A stretch of 64,000 nt of DNA. Origin: Sediminibacterium ginsengisoli. Lineage in GTDB: Bacteria > Bacteroidota > Bacteroidia > Chitinophagales > Chitinophagaceae. How positions within the stretch are numbered: the first letter of the stretch is position 1; each line of letters starts with the position of its first letter. Below the pieces are notes generated by a model. The model ran no database searches. It saw only the letters and a list, made by a program, of their open reading frames with translations, and was not told the origin of the DNA. Below, piece after piece: positions 40,220 through 51,000 of this stretch. Made by a program: the position numbers and the translations under genes. Where the stretch lies: contig CAMCDT010000004.1 of assembly GCA_945873615.1 (NCBI GenBank), forward strand, positions 10,137 through 74,136, given 5' to 3'.

Positions 40220-42139
40220 TTATTTTTTAATTGGAATTTGTTGAATCAGCCACTGCACTAAATCTTTTGCCGCCTGCGCATTTTGATACATAACTGGAAG
40301 CTTTCGTCCATCGGTGTATTCGTTATAAAGCCAAGGATCGCCAGTTGCAAACACAGTGCCCTTTCCTAATTTAGCCGTTGCAAAAACAACCAAATCTCCT
40401 TTTGACAGCAATTTTTGAGCGGGCGCCTTAACCGTTATAGAACAAACTTCTTTTTGATAAATGGTTTGCACATTTTTAAGAATTTTATTTCCGGTAGGCA
40501 CTTCAATTTTACCGCCCACATAATCATTTCCAATTACTCTATTATGCGTATCCTCATTAAAATGAATACCAAATAAATCAGATAATTTATTGATAGCAGT
40601 AAAATCGGCATTGGGTTTGTCATTGTGAAATAAAACAAGCACCCCACCTGCTTTTACCCAATTATAAATCTCCGTCGCATCTTTATCACTCATGTAATTT
40701 GGAGTAGGGGTATCTCCTACATTATCTGCATCTACAATCATGTATATAGATGCATTTTTTAAATTACTTAGTGTTGGCGCTTCAGACAGTGTTTTAGTTT
40801 GCAATCCATTAGCGGTTATTACATTTCCTAAAAATGAAAAACCATTGTTATACATTTCAGGCCATTTGTAATGGTATGCATATTCTACACCTTTGATATC
40901 CTTTTTCTTTTCAGCATTGTAATAGTCGTCTAATAAAAAAACTTGCTTCTTGCCAAGTTTTGGTGCCGTATGCCACTCCATTTCATTAGCAGCTTGTATA
41001 AATGCCCCAACACCTTTTGGATCATTTACAACCACTTTTTCAGACATATAATATGCATAGCTACCATCACGGTAGGGCTTACCGCCAAGTCCACTCACAC
41101 TTACGGTTCCTTCAAGGTTGGCATACCCCTTATCGTCTTTTCTAATAAACTGTTTTACAATACCATCATATCCTTTTGTAGCAAACGCTAAATAACTTGT
41201 TGGCAATAACCCTAAACGTACCGCTTTAGCCGTCGCGCATACAAACATGGCGCTTGCAGAAGCCTCTACATAATTTCCTTTTTCTTTAGGCAGGTTTAAA
41301 ATGTCATACCAAAGGCCCGTTACTGGATCCTGTACTTTTTTGATAGCATCAACTAACCTTTTTAAAATAGCTACAAGTGCTTCCCGTTTTGGGTGTGACT
41401 CAGGAAAGTTTTCCAACACATCTACAAGTGCCATTTGGTACCAACCCATGGCCCTGCCCCAAAAATGAGGAGAGCAACCCGTTACTGGATTGGCCCATTT
41501 TTGTTCTTTACTTTCATCCCACCCATGGTATAACAAACCTGTTTTAGCATCTCTTGCGTGCTGCTCCATCCAAATAAATTGATTAGCAATGTCATCAAAT
41601 GCTTCCGGCTCATGAAACTGTTTGGCATAAGCCGTATAAAATGGCTGACCCATATAAAGTCCGTCAAGCCACATTTGGTTTGGATATATTTTTTTATGCC
41701 AAAACCCACCTTCCTTTGTGCGAGGCTGACCTTTTAACTGATCTCTTAATAAAGATGCTGCTTTATAATATTTGGTTTGGCCTGTTACATTGTATAGCGT
41801 TAGTAAAATTCTGCCACATAAGATATTATCAATGTTATAGTCCTGTGCTTTATAAAATTTAATGTCACCGTTATCGGAAACAAAATAATCCATACTTTTT
41901 TGCATGTATGAAAAATATTCAGGATTGGCCGTTTGTATCCATAAACGCTCGATACCAAGTAGTACCACACCCTGATCGTAGGTCCATTTTGTTGGCTTTG
42001 CAGTGTCTGCACCAGCTTTTTCTTTCCATAAAGTAGCCATTGCCGTTGCCGCTACTTCTGCTGCTAAAGATTTGTTTTGCGCAAATGCAAACTGCATGTT
42101 CACACAAACCACCAATACGATCAAAATTATTTTTTTCAT
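40220..42139 (-). CDS. GH105 unsaturated rhamnogalacturonyl hydrolase with a C-terminal DUF4350-like domain
   Basis: WTYDQG, IDNILCGR, RTKEGGFWHK, MWLDGLYM, LLYHGWDES, FWGRAMGW, EASASAMF; extra ~250 aa GATase-like C-terminal domain. Confidence 0.9.
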   Translation of the reverse strand: MKKIILIVLVVCVNMQFAFAQNKSLAAEVAATAMATLWKEKAGADTAKPTKWTYDQGVVLLGIERLWIQTANPEYFSYMQKSMDYFVSDNGDIKFYKAQDYNIDNILCGRILLTLYNVTGQTKYYKAASLLRDQLKGQPRTKEGGFWHKKIYPNQMWLDGLYMGQPFYTAYAKQFHEPEAFDDIANQFIWMEQHARDAKTGLLYHGWDESKEQKWANPVTGCSPHFWGRAMGWYQMALVDVLENFPESHPKREALVAILKRLVDAIKKVQDPVTGLWYDILNLPKEKGNYVEASASAMFVCATAKAVRLGLLPTSYLAFATKGYDGIVKQFIRKDDKGYANLEGTVSVSGLGGKPYRDGSYAYYMSEKVVVNDPKGVGAFIQAANEMEWHTAPKLGKKQVFLLDDYYNAEKKKDIKGVEYAYHYKWPEMYNNGFSFLGNVITANGLQTKTLSEAPTLSNLKNASIYMIVDADNVGDTPTPNYMSDKDATEIYNWVKAGGVLVLFHNDKPNADFTAINKLSDLFGIHFNEDTHNRVIGNDYVGGKIEVPTGNKILKNVQTIYQKEVCSITVKAPAQKLLSKGDLVVFATAKLGKGTVFATGDPWLYNEYTDGRKLPVMYQNAQAAKDLVQWLIQQIPIKK

Positions 42140-42144
42140 GCTTT

Positions 42145-44487
42145 TTATTGTTGATAGGTGATGCTATTTGATTTTGCGCCAAATAAAAACTCATCTTTTT
42201 TAATAGCTGCACTTGTGTTTGTGGATGTTACTTTAATTGCATTTGAACCGTCACCATTAACACTAAATAGCAAAGGGATATTTGGCTCAATCCCTAAACG
42301 GTTAAAGCTAAGCTTGCTGCTATTTTGGATATACACCAGCGGACTGGCTTGTTCCGTAATAAGTTTAACATTGTTAAACTCAATATTTGAACCCTCCGTA
42401 ATTTCAATTCCCTTACGGGTAGCAAATACCATATCACTTAATACTAAATTGGAAATATTCATTTCAGGAATACCTCTTACAAATACCGCTTTATCGGCAC
42501 CATTGCAATAGACATTGTTAAAATAGAAGTTTCTAAAAATAGGCGTTGCTTCTGTTACCGGCAGTGTTTGAATAACAGGCATGTCCTTTTTTTCGCCCTC
42601 AAGCGTTATAGGATCCTTAGCAGCGTAATACATGTCAAACAAAACAGCTTCACCTACAATATCTCGCATGGTTATGTTGGAAGCATAAATATTTTCTACA
42701 ACACCCCCTCTCCCTCTAGTTGTTTTAAAACGAAGTCCAATATCAGTTCCAATAAATGTACAGTTAGAAACAAAAATATTATTAGCACCACCACTCATTT
42801 CGCTTCCAATCACAAAACCGCCGTGGGCATGATACACTGTTGTATTAATTGCAATAATGTCTTTGGTTGGCATACCTCTTTTGCGTCCTTCTTCATCTCT
42901 ACCAGATTTAATACAGATACCATCATCACCGGTGTCAAAATTACAACCATCAATAAGCGCGTTGGTGCAAGACTCTAGATCTAGGGCGTCTGTGTTTTGT
43001 CCATACCATGGATTTTTAACATTCACTTTTCTGATGGTGATATGCTTACTCATAAGTATGTGCATAGTCCACGCAGGAGAGTTTTCAAAAGTGACGCCTT
43101 CTAATAACACATTAGAACAACCCGTAAAACGGATCATATTGGGTCGTAAAAAATCACGGATCGGCTCAAAATCTTGAAGCGCTGCACCATTGATGAGCTT
43201 TCCAATATTGTTGGTAAGCGAACCTTTTAATGCGCCCGCCGATGGATACCAGTTTGATTTGTCTTCACTTAAAACGCCACCCGTTTTGATCAATCGCTTC
43301 CATTCTGATTCTGTAACCTTTCCTTTTTTTAACGGGCGCCAGGCTTCACCACCGCCATTAAAAATACCTTGTCCTGTAATGGCAATATTAACAGCGTCTG
43401 TTGCCGAAATAGGAGACTGACATCTTGCTGCTTCAACGCCTTCAAAAGAAGCCACTTTTAAAGGATATTGAGTTCTGTCCTTTGTAAATATAACTAGTGC
43501 ACCTCTTGCTGTATTAAGTTCTACATTGTTATGTAGCACAATAGGGCCTGTTAACCAAAGACCGGCAGGAATATATACAATACCGCCACCAGCTTTATTT
43601 GCTGCAACAATAGCGTTATTAATGGCTACTGTATTAAGTGTAATACCATCTTTTACTGCACCAAAATCAACTACGTTAAATGTGTCTTTTTTAAAATGAG
43701 GCTCGTATATTTTTGGAAGCTCAAAAGCATATTTCTCTTTGTGTGCAGAGCGCAGTAAATATTTTTCTATTACGAAATGTTTTTCTAAAATTTCGGCACA
43801 TACGAGTGACGCTATTTGCGACGCACCGTATTCAGAAAAATGGGTATCATCTTTTTTACCAAACGGCATCACTTTAAAATGATTGGAATCAATCCATAAA
43901 AACATTTTTTTTGATCCTTCAACTCCTTCTTTCTCAATTAATTTTTTACTAGACGCGTGAAGGTCAATGAGTGGAACATGCATAGAGTCCGCTAAAAAAC
44001 GAACAACGCCCGGGTAGTTGCCATGCTGGTCAACAAAAACACCTGAGCCATTAAATTTGCGGCGCATTACGGGCGTCATTAAAATTGGATTGCCCCCTTT
44101 TTTCCTAGTATCTGTAATAAACCTAATTAAGTTTTGTTTGTAAAGCGTATTTGCAGGTGCAGATCTAATGGAATCATCGAGTTTTGAATCGTTATGACCG
44201 AACTGAATAAACACATAGTCGCCTTCTTTCATGTATTTCATTACGGTATCCCATCTTCCTTCTTTGATAAAACTTTTAGTACTCCTGCCGTTAACAGCAA
44301 GGTTTTTTATTTCAACAGCACTAGAAATATATTGAGGGAATAATTGTCCCCAACCTCTTTCTGGATTATCGGCAAGTGGTTTATCTGCCATAGTAGAATC
44401 ACCAATCATAAAAAAAACAACCTTTTTTTCAGGTGCCATAAACCCTACTAAAATAATAGCAGCGAATAAGTATACAATTCTTTTCAT
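42145..44487 (-). CDS. Bimodular CE12 (rhamnogalacturonan/pectin acetylesterase, SGNH) / GH28 polygalacturonase
   Basis: SGNH blocks GDST, NGRST, QFGHND, DTHF. GH28 motifs NTDALD, GDDGICIKSG, HGGFVIGSE, GLRFKT. Confidence 0.9.
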   Translation of the reverse strand: MKRIVYLFAAIILVGFMAPEKKVVFFMIGDSTMADKPLADNPERGWGQLFPQYISSAVEIKNLAVNGRSTKSFIKEGRWDTVMKYMKEGDYVFIQFGHNDSKLDDSIRSAPANTLYKQNLIRFITDTRKKGGNPILMTPVMRRKFNGSGVFVDQHGNYPGVVRFLADSMHVPLIDLHASSKKLIEKEGVEGSKKMFLWIDSNHFKVMPFGKKDDTHFSEYGASQIASLVCAEILEKHFVIEKYLLRSAHKEKYAFELPKIYEPHFKKDTFNVVDFGAVKDGITLNTVAINNAIVAANKAGGGIVYIPAGLWLTGPIVLHNNVELNTARGALVIFTKDRTQYPLKVASFEGVEAARCQSPISATDAVNIAITGQGIFNGGGEAWRPLKKGKVTESEWKRLIKTGGVLSEDKSNWYPSAGALKGSLTNNIGKLINGAALQDFEPIRDFLRPNMIRFTGCSNVLLEGVTFENSPAWTMHILMSKHITIRKVNVKNPWYGQNTDALDLESCTNALIDGCNFDTGDDGICIKSGRDEEGRKRGMPTKDIIAINTTVYHAHGGFVIGSEMSGGANNIFVSNCTFIGTDIGLRFKTTRGRGGVVENIYASNITMRDIVGEAVLFDMYYAAKDPITLEGEKKDMPVIQTLPVTEATPIFRNFYFNNVYCNGADKAVFVRGIPEMNISNLVLSDMVFATRKGIEITEGSNIEFNNVKLITEQASPLVYIQNSSKLSFNRLGIEPNIPLLFSVNGDGSNAIKVTSTNTSAAIKKDEFLFGAKSNSITYQQ

Positions 44488-44510
44488 ATGCGTTGATTGT
44501 GAAGCGTTTC

Positions 44511-44527
44511 TCGTAGCTCAAGACTAC
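44511..44527. promoter_or_regulatory. Conserved element A, copy 1: TCGTAGCTCAAGACTAC
   Basis: 15 of 17 nt identical to 51374-51390; contains the inverted repeat GTAG-N7-CTAC. Confidence 0.7.
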
Positions 44528-44569
44528 TCAAATAATGATGAAAAATAGGCATAATTTTAGACTTTATTT

Positions 44570-44586
44570 ATGCAATCGTTCCCGGT
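44570..44586. promoter_or_regulatory. LacI-type operator, copy 1: ATGCAATCGTTCCCGGT
   Basis: Central-CG pseudo-palindrome resembling PurR/LacI operators. The 15-bp core is identical at 51435-51449, and the site lies next to the LacI gene. Confidence 0.8.
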
Positions 44587-44669
44587 TTTTAGGCCTACTT
44601 TTTAAGTCTTTGATAATTATCGTATTTTTATGCTTTAGGACAATTTTGAGTCACTTTTTTGATTTTTCT

Positions 44670-45713
44670 ATGAAATACGAAGCGGTTACCATTAAAGACA
44701 TTGCCAAGGCCCTAGGCCTTTCGACGTCTACCGTTTCACGGGCATTAAGGGATAGTTATGAAATTAGCACCGAAACCAAAAAAATAGTCATAGAATATGC
44801 CCAACAAATCAACTACAGGCCCAATCCTATTGCGCTTAGTTTAAAAGAAAAAAGGAGTAGGTCCATTGGTATTATTGTTTGTGAAATCGCCAATAGTTTT
44901 TTTTCACAAGCCATCAACGGCATCGAGTCTATTGCTTATGACAAAGGCTATAACGTAATCATTGCGCAAAGCCACGAATCCTATGAAAGAGAAATTTTAA
45001 ACCTCCAATATTTAGCCTCTAGGTCTATAGATGGCCTTCTTATTTCGGTTTCGTCTGAAACAGAAAATTTAGACCACTTAATCAATTTACACAAGCGCGG
45101 ATTTCCAATTGTGTTTTTTGACAGAGTTGTTGAAGATTTAGCCACACACAAAGTAGGTGTAGATAATTATAAAGGAGCTTACGATGCTACTACTGAACTT
45201 ATCAAAAACGGCCACCAAAATATTGCAATGGTTGCAGGTTCAGAATTTTTATCTATCACCAAAGAAAGAGTAGCGGGTTATCATCAAGCACTTTCTGACC
45301 ATCAAATACCTTTTGACGCCAATCAAATTGAGTACTGTTTACATGGTGGCATGCTTTACGAAGAAGTTGAAAAAGCACTTGGAAAGCTATTATACCAAAA
45401 TACCAATACCCCTAGCGCAGTAATTGCTTCTGCCGACAAACTCACTACCAATTGCCTTCGTTACTTTAAGTCCAAAAACTTACAAGTGCCTAGCGATATT
45501 GCTATGATTGGCTTTTCAAACCTAGATTTAACCGATTTACTCTCGCCATCACTTTCCGTAATTAGACAACCTGCCTTCGAAATTGGACAGGTAGCTATTG
45601 AATTACTCATCAAGCAAATTGAAAACAAAAGACCTACCACCGAGTTTGAAAAAATTATTTTACCCCCTCAAATGATTATTAGAGAATCAAGTGGTGCCAA
45701 AAAAATTAGGTAG
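44670..45713 (+). CDS. LacI family transcriptional regulator of the pectin locus
   Basis: VTIKDIAKALGLSTSTVSRAL, YRPNPIALSLK, IDGLLIS, PIVFFDRV, IAMIGFSN, PSLSVIRQP. Start set at ATG 44670. Confidence 0.95.
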   Translation: MKYEAVTIKDIAKALGLSTSTVSRALRDSYEISTETKKIVIEYAQQINYRPNPIALSLKEKRSRSIGIIVCEIANSFFSQAINGIESIAYDKGYNVIIAQSHESYEREILNLQYLASRSIDGLLISVSSETENLDHLINLHKRGFPIVFFDRVVEDLATHKVGVDNYKGAYDATTELIKNGHQNIAMVAGSEFLSITKERVAGYHQALSDHQIPFDANQIEYCLHGGMLYEEVEKALGKLLYQNTNTPSAVIASADKLTTNCLRYFKSKNLQVPSDIAMIGFSNLDLTDLLSPSLSVIRQPAFEIGQVAIELLIKQIENKRPTTEFEKIILPPQMIIRESSGAKKIR

Positions 45714-46134
45714 ATTTTACTGCTTGGCGTGCTAATAATTTCCAATCTTTTCCAACCTTTTTGAATACGAGGAGGATTTTTAGTTTTACTTCACCAGGCT
45801 TTCCGTTATCGTTGTTTGTTGCAAACAATTGATGTCTTATAACCGCTACATTACCTGTAATTGAAATTTTTTGATCGGTATTATTTATAGTTAAAAAGTC
45901 TGATTTTCCAGAAGCGATTTTTTCTACAAACTCGGATTTGTTCTCAACCGCTCCACTAGAATGACCATAGCTTAAACTTTCATCTGTAATATATTCAAGA
46001 TCTTCCCTAACCCCACTAATCATGGCAAGTCTGAGTTTTTCTAGCGCTGCTTCCACACGCGCATACTCTTTTGATTGAGAAAATCCGGCGTTAGCAATCA
46101 ATAGCGTTACACATAAAATGATGCACTTTTTCAT
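45706..46134 (-). CDS. Secreted NTF2-like (DUF4440) protein
   Basis: Signal peptide; LSYGHSSGAVENKSEFVEKI, GNVAVIRH, WKLLARQA. Confidence 0.8.
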   Translation of the reverse strand: MKKCIILCVTLLIANAGFSQSKEYARVEAALEKLRLAMISGVREDLEYITDESLSYGHSSGAVENKSEFVEKIASGKSDFLTINNTDQKISITGNVAVIRHQLFATNNDNGKPGEVKLKILLVFKKVGKDWKLLARQAVKST

Positions 46135-46190
46135 ACAATAAATTCTTTATTTTATAACTGAAATTAAGCATTAGAAACCTATTCGCCAAC

Positions 46191-46222
46191 AAAAAAGGCT
46201 ACTCATCTGAGTAGCCTTTTTT
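46191..46222. terminator. Bidirectional intrinsic terminator after susD
   Basis: AAAAAAGGCTACTCA-tc-TGAGTAGCCTTTTTT, a perfect inverted repeat. Confidence 0.9.
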
Positions 46223-46242
46223 ACTTACTAACTTATTAGTTG

Positions 46243-48066
46243 TTAATAGCCAGGGTTCTGTGAAAGATTGCGGTTAGCATCTCTTGCAGGCTGGGGTATG
46301 GGTAGCAATTCAGATTTGCCACTAACAAATCCTGTAGCATATCTTGAAAGAGCTGTTGTGTTGATAGCCGCACTTAACCAAACTACTTTTGTTGTACCAG
46401 AAGGTGTTGCAGTTGGCGCTGCCTTGTAAAATGAATTCGCCCAAAGACCTCCAGCACCAAATCTATTGTCATCACTCGTATTTTTATTTTTGTAAAACAT
46501 AGAAGTTGGCAGTGTATTATATGGAGCTGATAAAGTTGACATTGCTAGAAGAGCCGCCTTAGTTTCGGCAATTTTTGATGCGAGCATATTCCATCTAATC
46601 AAATCGTATTTACGAACTCCTTCACCACCTAATTCTAATGAACGCTCTTTTACAATTGCTGTAAAGAAACTTGCTTTACTTAAGCCCGCTGGTAAATCAA
46701 CAGCTGCATTAGGCGCTGTTATAGATTGACCATACCCTCTTCTTCTAACTTGATTTACAGCATTGTAAGCAGCTGTTGTAGGGCCATTTAATTCATTTTC
46801 AGCTTCAGCAAACATGAGCATCACATCCGCATAGCGAAGTATTTGCCATTTTAAACTAAAATATTGGATTTTATCTGTTGGAGAAACCGTTGGATTTGAG
46901 ATCCAATCTCTACGATATTTTCCATCGCAAATGGCTGTAATGGCTTGACCTAATTTAATTTTACCATCCGTATCAACATTATAAATGGCGCAGGTTACAT
47001 CACGTCTTAAATCGGTAGAATCAAATGCATAAAAGTATGTTGGCAGCACATTGATGCTTTTATTTCCAAGCTTATTAACAGAAGGTCCGTTATAATAGGC
47101 AAGCTTAGTGTCTCCTGCACCAACACCACCAATACCACTTGCCTGGAACATCAATTCGCCATTTGGATCAGCCACCGCTCTTGCATTCACTTGATCTTTC
47201 CATAATGCCTTATAACTTGGATTTAAACTGTGTTGATTTGAGGCCATTACTTCTGCAGCTTCATCTCTGGCAATTTGATAGTATTTTAAATAATCCGCAG
47301 TACGTTTTACAACTCCATCTTGGCGTAATGAAAATCCGCCTCTATAAAGTGCGATTCTTGCACGAAGTCCTTTAACGGTTCCTTTGGTAATTCTTTCATC
47401 AGCACCATCGCCAATAGCAGACAATTCATTTCTCCAAGGCACAAGTGTTGCAGCTAATTTTAAATCTTCTAGTAAGCGATCATAGAGCGTGTCTCTGTTT
47501 GTTCGAGCAGGAAAAGGATTACTTGTTGCTAATGTAGATGCAGGTGCAAAATTAGCCGGCAAATCGCCCCAGTTTCTGATAGCTTCCGTATAAAACTGAG
47601 CTCTTAAAGTTAAAGCCTCACCATACATTCTTTGTAATTTCTTTTTTTCCTGGTCTGTTCCATTTGAGTACATCGCCATTTTAGGAATATTGGCGATACA
47701 AATATTTGCATACTCGATTCCTGTAAACATTTGGTTAAACGGATTGGTGATTTGTGCATTACCTGGCGTTGCATTATAACGTGCAATATCTCTACGATCG
47801 TTATCACCAGATCCAGTTGGACCCTGCATCTCATCCGTATCTAGCGGATAATAGAGGCTTACGCGAATACCATAGCCTGCATCACCTACCATTCTACTAT
47901 ACACGCCAGCTAATGCTTTTAGTGCGCTAGGAACGTCACTAAATACAACCTCTGTACTAACATCAGTAATTGGCTTTTGATCTAGAAATTTATTACAACT
48001 ATTAAATGACAACAAAACAATTGCTGCAACCGATAGCGTTAATTTATATAAGTTTTTCGTTTTCAT
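46243..48066 (-). CDS. susD: SusD/RagB family surface lipoprotein
   Basis: Lipobox FNS-C, then FLDQKP; GEALTLRAQFY, WGDLP, LRYADVMLMFAEAENE, NQVRRR, ERSLELGGEGVRKYDLIRW, QNPGY; follows susC. Confidence 0.95.
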   Translation of the reverse strand: MKTKNLYKLTLSVAAIVLLSFNSCNKFLDQKPITDVSTEVVFSDVPSALKALAGVYSRMVGDAGYGIRVSLYYPLDTDEMQGPTGSGDNDRRDIARYNATPGNAQITNPFNQMFTGIEYANICIANIPKMAMYSNGTDQEKKKLQRMYGEALTLRAQFYTEAIRNWGDLPANFAPASTLATSNPFPARTNRDTLYDRLLEDLKLAATLVPWRNELSAIGDGADERITKGTVKGLRARIALYRGGFSLRQDGVVKRTADYLKYYQIARDEAAEVMASNQHSLNPSYKALWKDQVNARAVADPNGELMFQASGIGGVGAGDTKLAYYNGPSVNKLGNKSINVLPTYFYAFDSTDLRRDVTCAIYNVDTDGKIKLGQAITAICDGKYRRDWISNPTVSPTDKIQYFSLKWQILRYADVMLMFAEAENELNGPTTAAYNAVNQVRRRGYGQSITAPNAAVDLPAGLSKASFFTAIVKERSLELGGEGVRKYDLIRWNMLASKIAETKAALLAMSTLSAPYNTLPTSMFYKNKNTSDDNRFGAGGLWANSFYKAAPTATPSGTTKVVWLSAAINTTALSRYATGFVSGKSELLPIPQPARDANRNLSQNPGY

Positions 48067-48084
48067 ATATTTAGCATTATAAAA

Positions 48085-51000
48085 TTAAAAGTTAGCATTT
48101 ACACCAAAAATAAAACTGCGACTTTTTGGATATGCAGAATAATCTAAACCAGGTGTTAGAGGACTATTACGTACACTAACTTCTGGGTCATATCCTGTGT
48201 AATTAGTGAATACAGCTAAATTATTGGCAGTGAAATAAAATCTTAGTTTAGAGATTTTCATTTTAACTAAGTTTTTTATTGGCAAACTATAACCCACCGT
48301 TAAGTTGTTGACACGTAAAAAAGAGCCGTCTTCAATAGCCCATGAACTTGGGAAAAATGCACCCGCCGATTTAATAGGTTGCCATATAGTTGCATTTGCA
48401 TTTAATGCCTGTAATGCTCCAGGCGCGATGCCCATAACTTGTCCTGTAGAACTTATCCACTGTGCTGTTTGGCCTTGAGGTGTTACTACTTTCCAACGGT
48501 TAGTCATGATGTCCAACATGTTTGAATTTGGCGTATAACCATTTGTGAATTCTACTTTGTTAGCATTGTATATATCATTACCATAGCTAAAGTTTAAAAA
48601 CAAGCTCATGTCCCAGTTTTTGTAGGTAAACTGCTGTGCTAAACCACCTGTAAATTTAGGAGTAGGATTTCCTATGATGGTTCTATCCTTATCCATATTT
48701 ATCACACCATCTCCATCTAAATCTTTAAACTTGATAGATCCTGGTTGCACCGTTCCAATAACACCAGAAGCATTAGCAACGCCTGGCTTAAGCGTATAAA
48801 CACTTGTTGCGGTATTGTAATCAAAATCATTGATGCCATAAAAACCATCATTGATTAAACCCCACATAGCACCAACTGGATCTCCAATTCTTACGATATA
48901 GTCGGTGGGCTGACCAGAAACGCCCCAACTAGCAGCGGGGAAAAATAAATTTTGATTTTGGCCCAACGCTTCAACACGGTTGGTGTTGAAAGAGATATTG
49001 AAGTTTGCATTCCAAGTAAAATCTTTTTTCTTGGCAATTAAAGCACCCAATTGCAGCTCCACCCCTTTGTTAGAAGTTTTACCAATGTTTTGCAACTGCG
49101 AACTGTAACCATAGGTCGATGCAATTGGCACATTGAGTAACAAGTTTTTCGCTTGGTTGTTATATACATCTAAAGAGAAAGTGACACGATCGTTTAAGAC
49201 ACTCAAATCCACACCAAAGTTTTTACTTTCGTTGGATTCCCATTGAAGTGCTTCATTAACGAGTCCCGCAGAGTAATATGCATTGATGGGCTGGTTATTG
49301 ATTCCATAATAAAAACGACCATCGTTACTAAAGGTTGTTAAAAATAAATAGTCGTTAATTCGGTTGTTTCCAACATTACCATACCCTGCTCTAAACTTAA
49401 GGTCAGAAATGAAACTAACATCTTTTAAGAAATTTTCATTTTTAGCTCTCCAAGCAACAGAGCCTGAAGGAAATATACCCCACTGCTTACCTGGCGCAAA
49501 TTTTGAAGCCCCATCAGCTCTTGCATTAAGTGTTACGTAATATTTATTTTGGTAAGCATAGTTAATTCTGCTAAAGAATGACATATTGGTATATCTCGTC
49601 TTATTTACTCGAGGATACCCAGTAAAAGTGATGCCACTACTAAGATTTCCAAATGCATCGTCTGGACTGATGAAATTTGCAAATCCTCTTACTAGTTGGG
49701 TGTAAGACTCCGTTCTGAAATCAAAAGTTTCTTGCCCCAATAAAAAGTCAAAATCGTGTTTTCCTTTAAACTTGTTAATTGAATAGGTTAATACATTAGA
49801 ATTTGTAATTGTTTTACGAATAGCTGTATCTAACTGCGCAATTGGTTTTCTAGAACCAGATATCATTGAATATGGCGTAATAGAATCACTAAATTGTCTA
49901 TCCACTAGCTTAAACTGATCAACACCAACGGTAGATTTAAAAGTTAAATTTTTAGCAATATTATAAGTTACACTTAGTGCAATATTTCCAACTGTTGTTG
50001 ACTTTCTTCTATACTCAGCATCCGCAAGCGTAATTGGATTAATAAGATTAAGACCATTACCAACGTTTGGATCAGCTAAAGGATCAGGATCTTCGATTTC
50101 TTGGTTGCTAGATAAAAAAGGTCTATACTTTACAGCATTTCGAAGTCTTGAAAATGAAGACCCTTGATTAGATGAAACCCCTGCACCATTCACTTCTGTT
50201 TGAGTGTATCTGGTAGTTAAGGCAGCTTTTAATTTTTTACTGAATTTATAATCTGCACTTAAATTTAATAAGTCTCTTTTGTACGTTGAATTTAAAATAA
50301 CTGCCTTGTCATCATTTCTTGTATATCCAAAGTTGTATGTCAAGTTTTTAACACCTCCTGCAGCAGTGATATTATGCGTTTGGGCAATACCCGTACGACC
50401 CATCAATTCATCTTGCCAATCAACAACACCAACACTATTATAGTTTTTTAAAGTATCCCATGTAGTTCCAAAATTTCTAATAAAATTTAAACTATCGGTA
50501 TTTGATCCTCGAGATCTTTCCGACTGATACATAACAAAATCAGCTGGTGACAAAACACCTAGTTTTTTAGCGAGTTGTTTAACGCCAACAAAACCATTAT
50601 AGCTTACTTGTAGTTTTCCGGGCTTCCCTCTTTTTGTTGTAATTACAATTACTCCATTTGCGCCACGTGCACCATAAATGGCAGTTGCAGCAGCATCTTT
50701 TAAAACGTCAATATTTTGAATATTTTGAGGCGCAATGGCTGACAATCCATTTTCTACCTGAATTCCATCAACAATATATAATGGAGAGTTGTCACCAGTA
50801 ATTGACATGCCACCTCTTACCCTTACAGTCACATCTGCATCTGGAGCACCTTCGGCAGTTGTTGCAGTAACACCCGCTAAACGTCCGTTTAAAGCTTCGG
50901 CTGCAGAGTTTACAGGGATATCTTTTAAATCTTTTGCACTCACACTGGCAATAGATGCAAGTACGTTTTTACGCTTTACCGTTTGATAACCAATTACCAC

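Noticed and set aside
44572-44586. GGGAAC within the duplicated motif as an ECF-sigma -35 box
   Set aside because: No shared -10 element about 16 nt downstream in the two copies and no ECF/anti-sigma genes nearby; the LacI-operator reading fits better.
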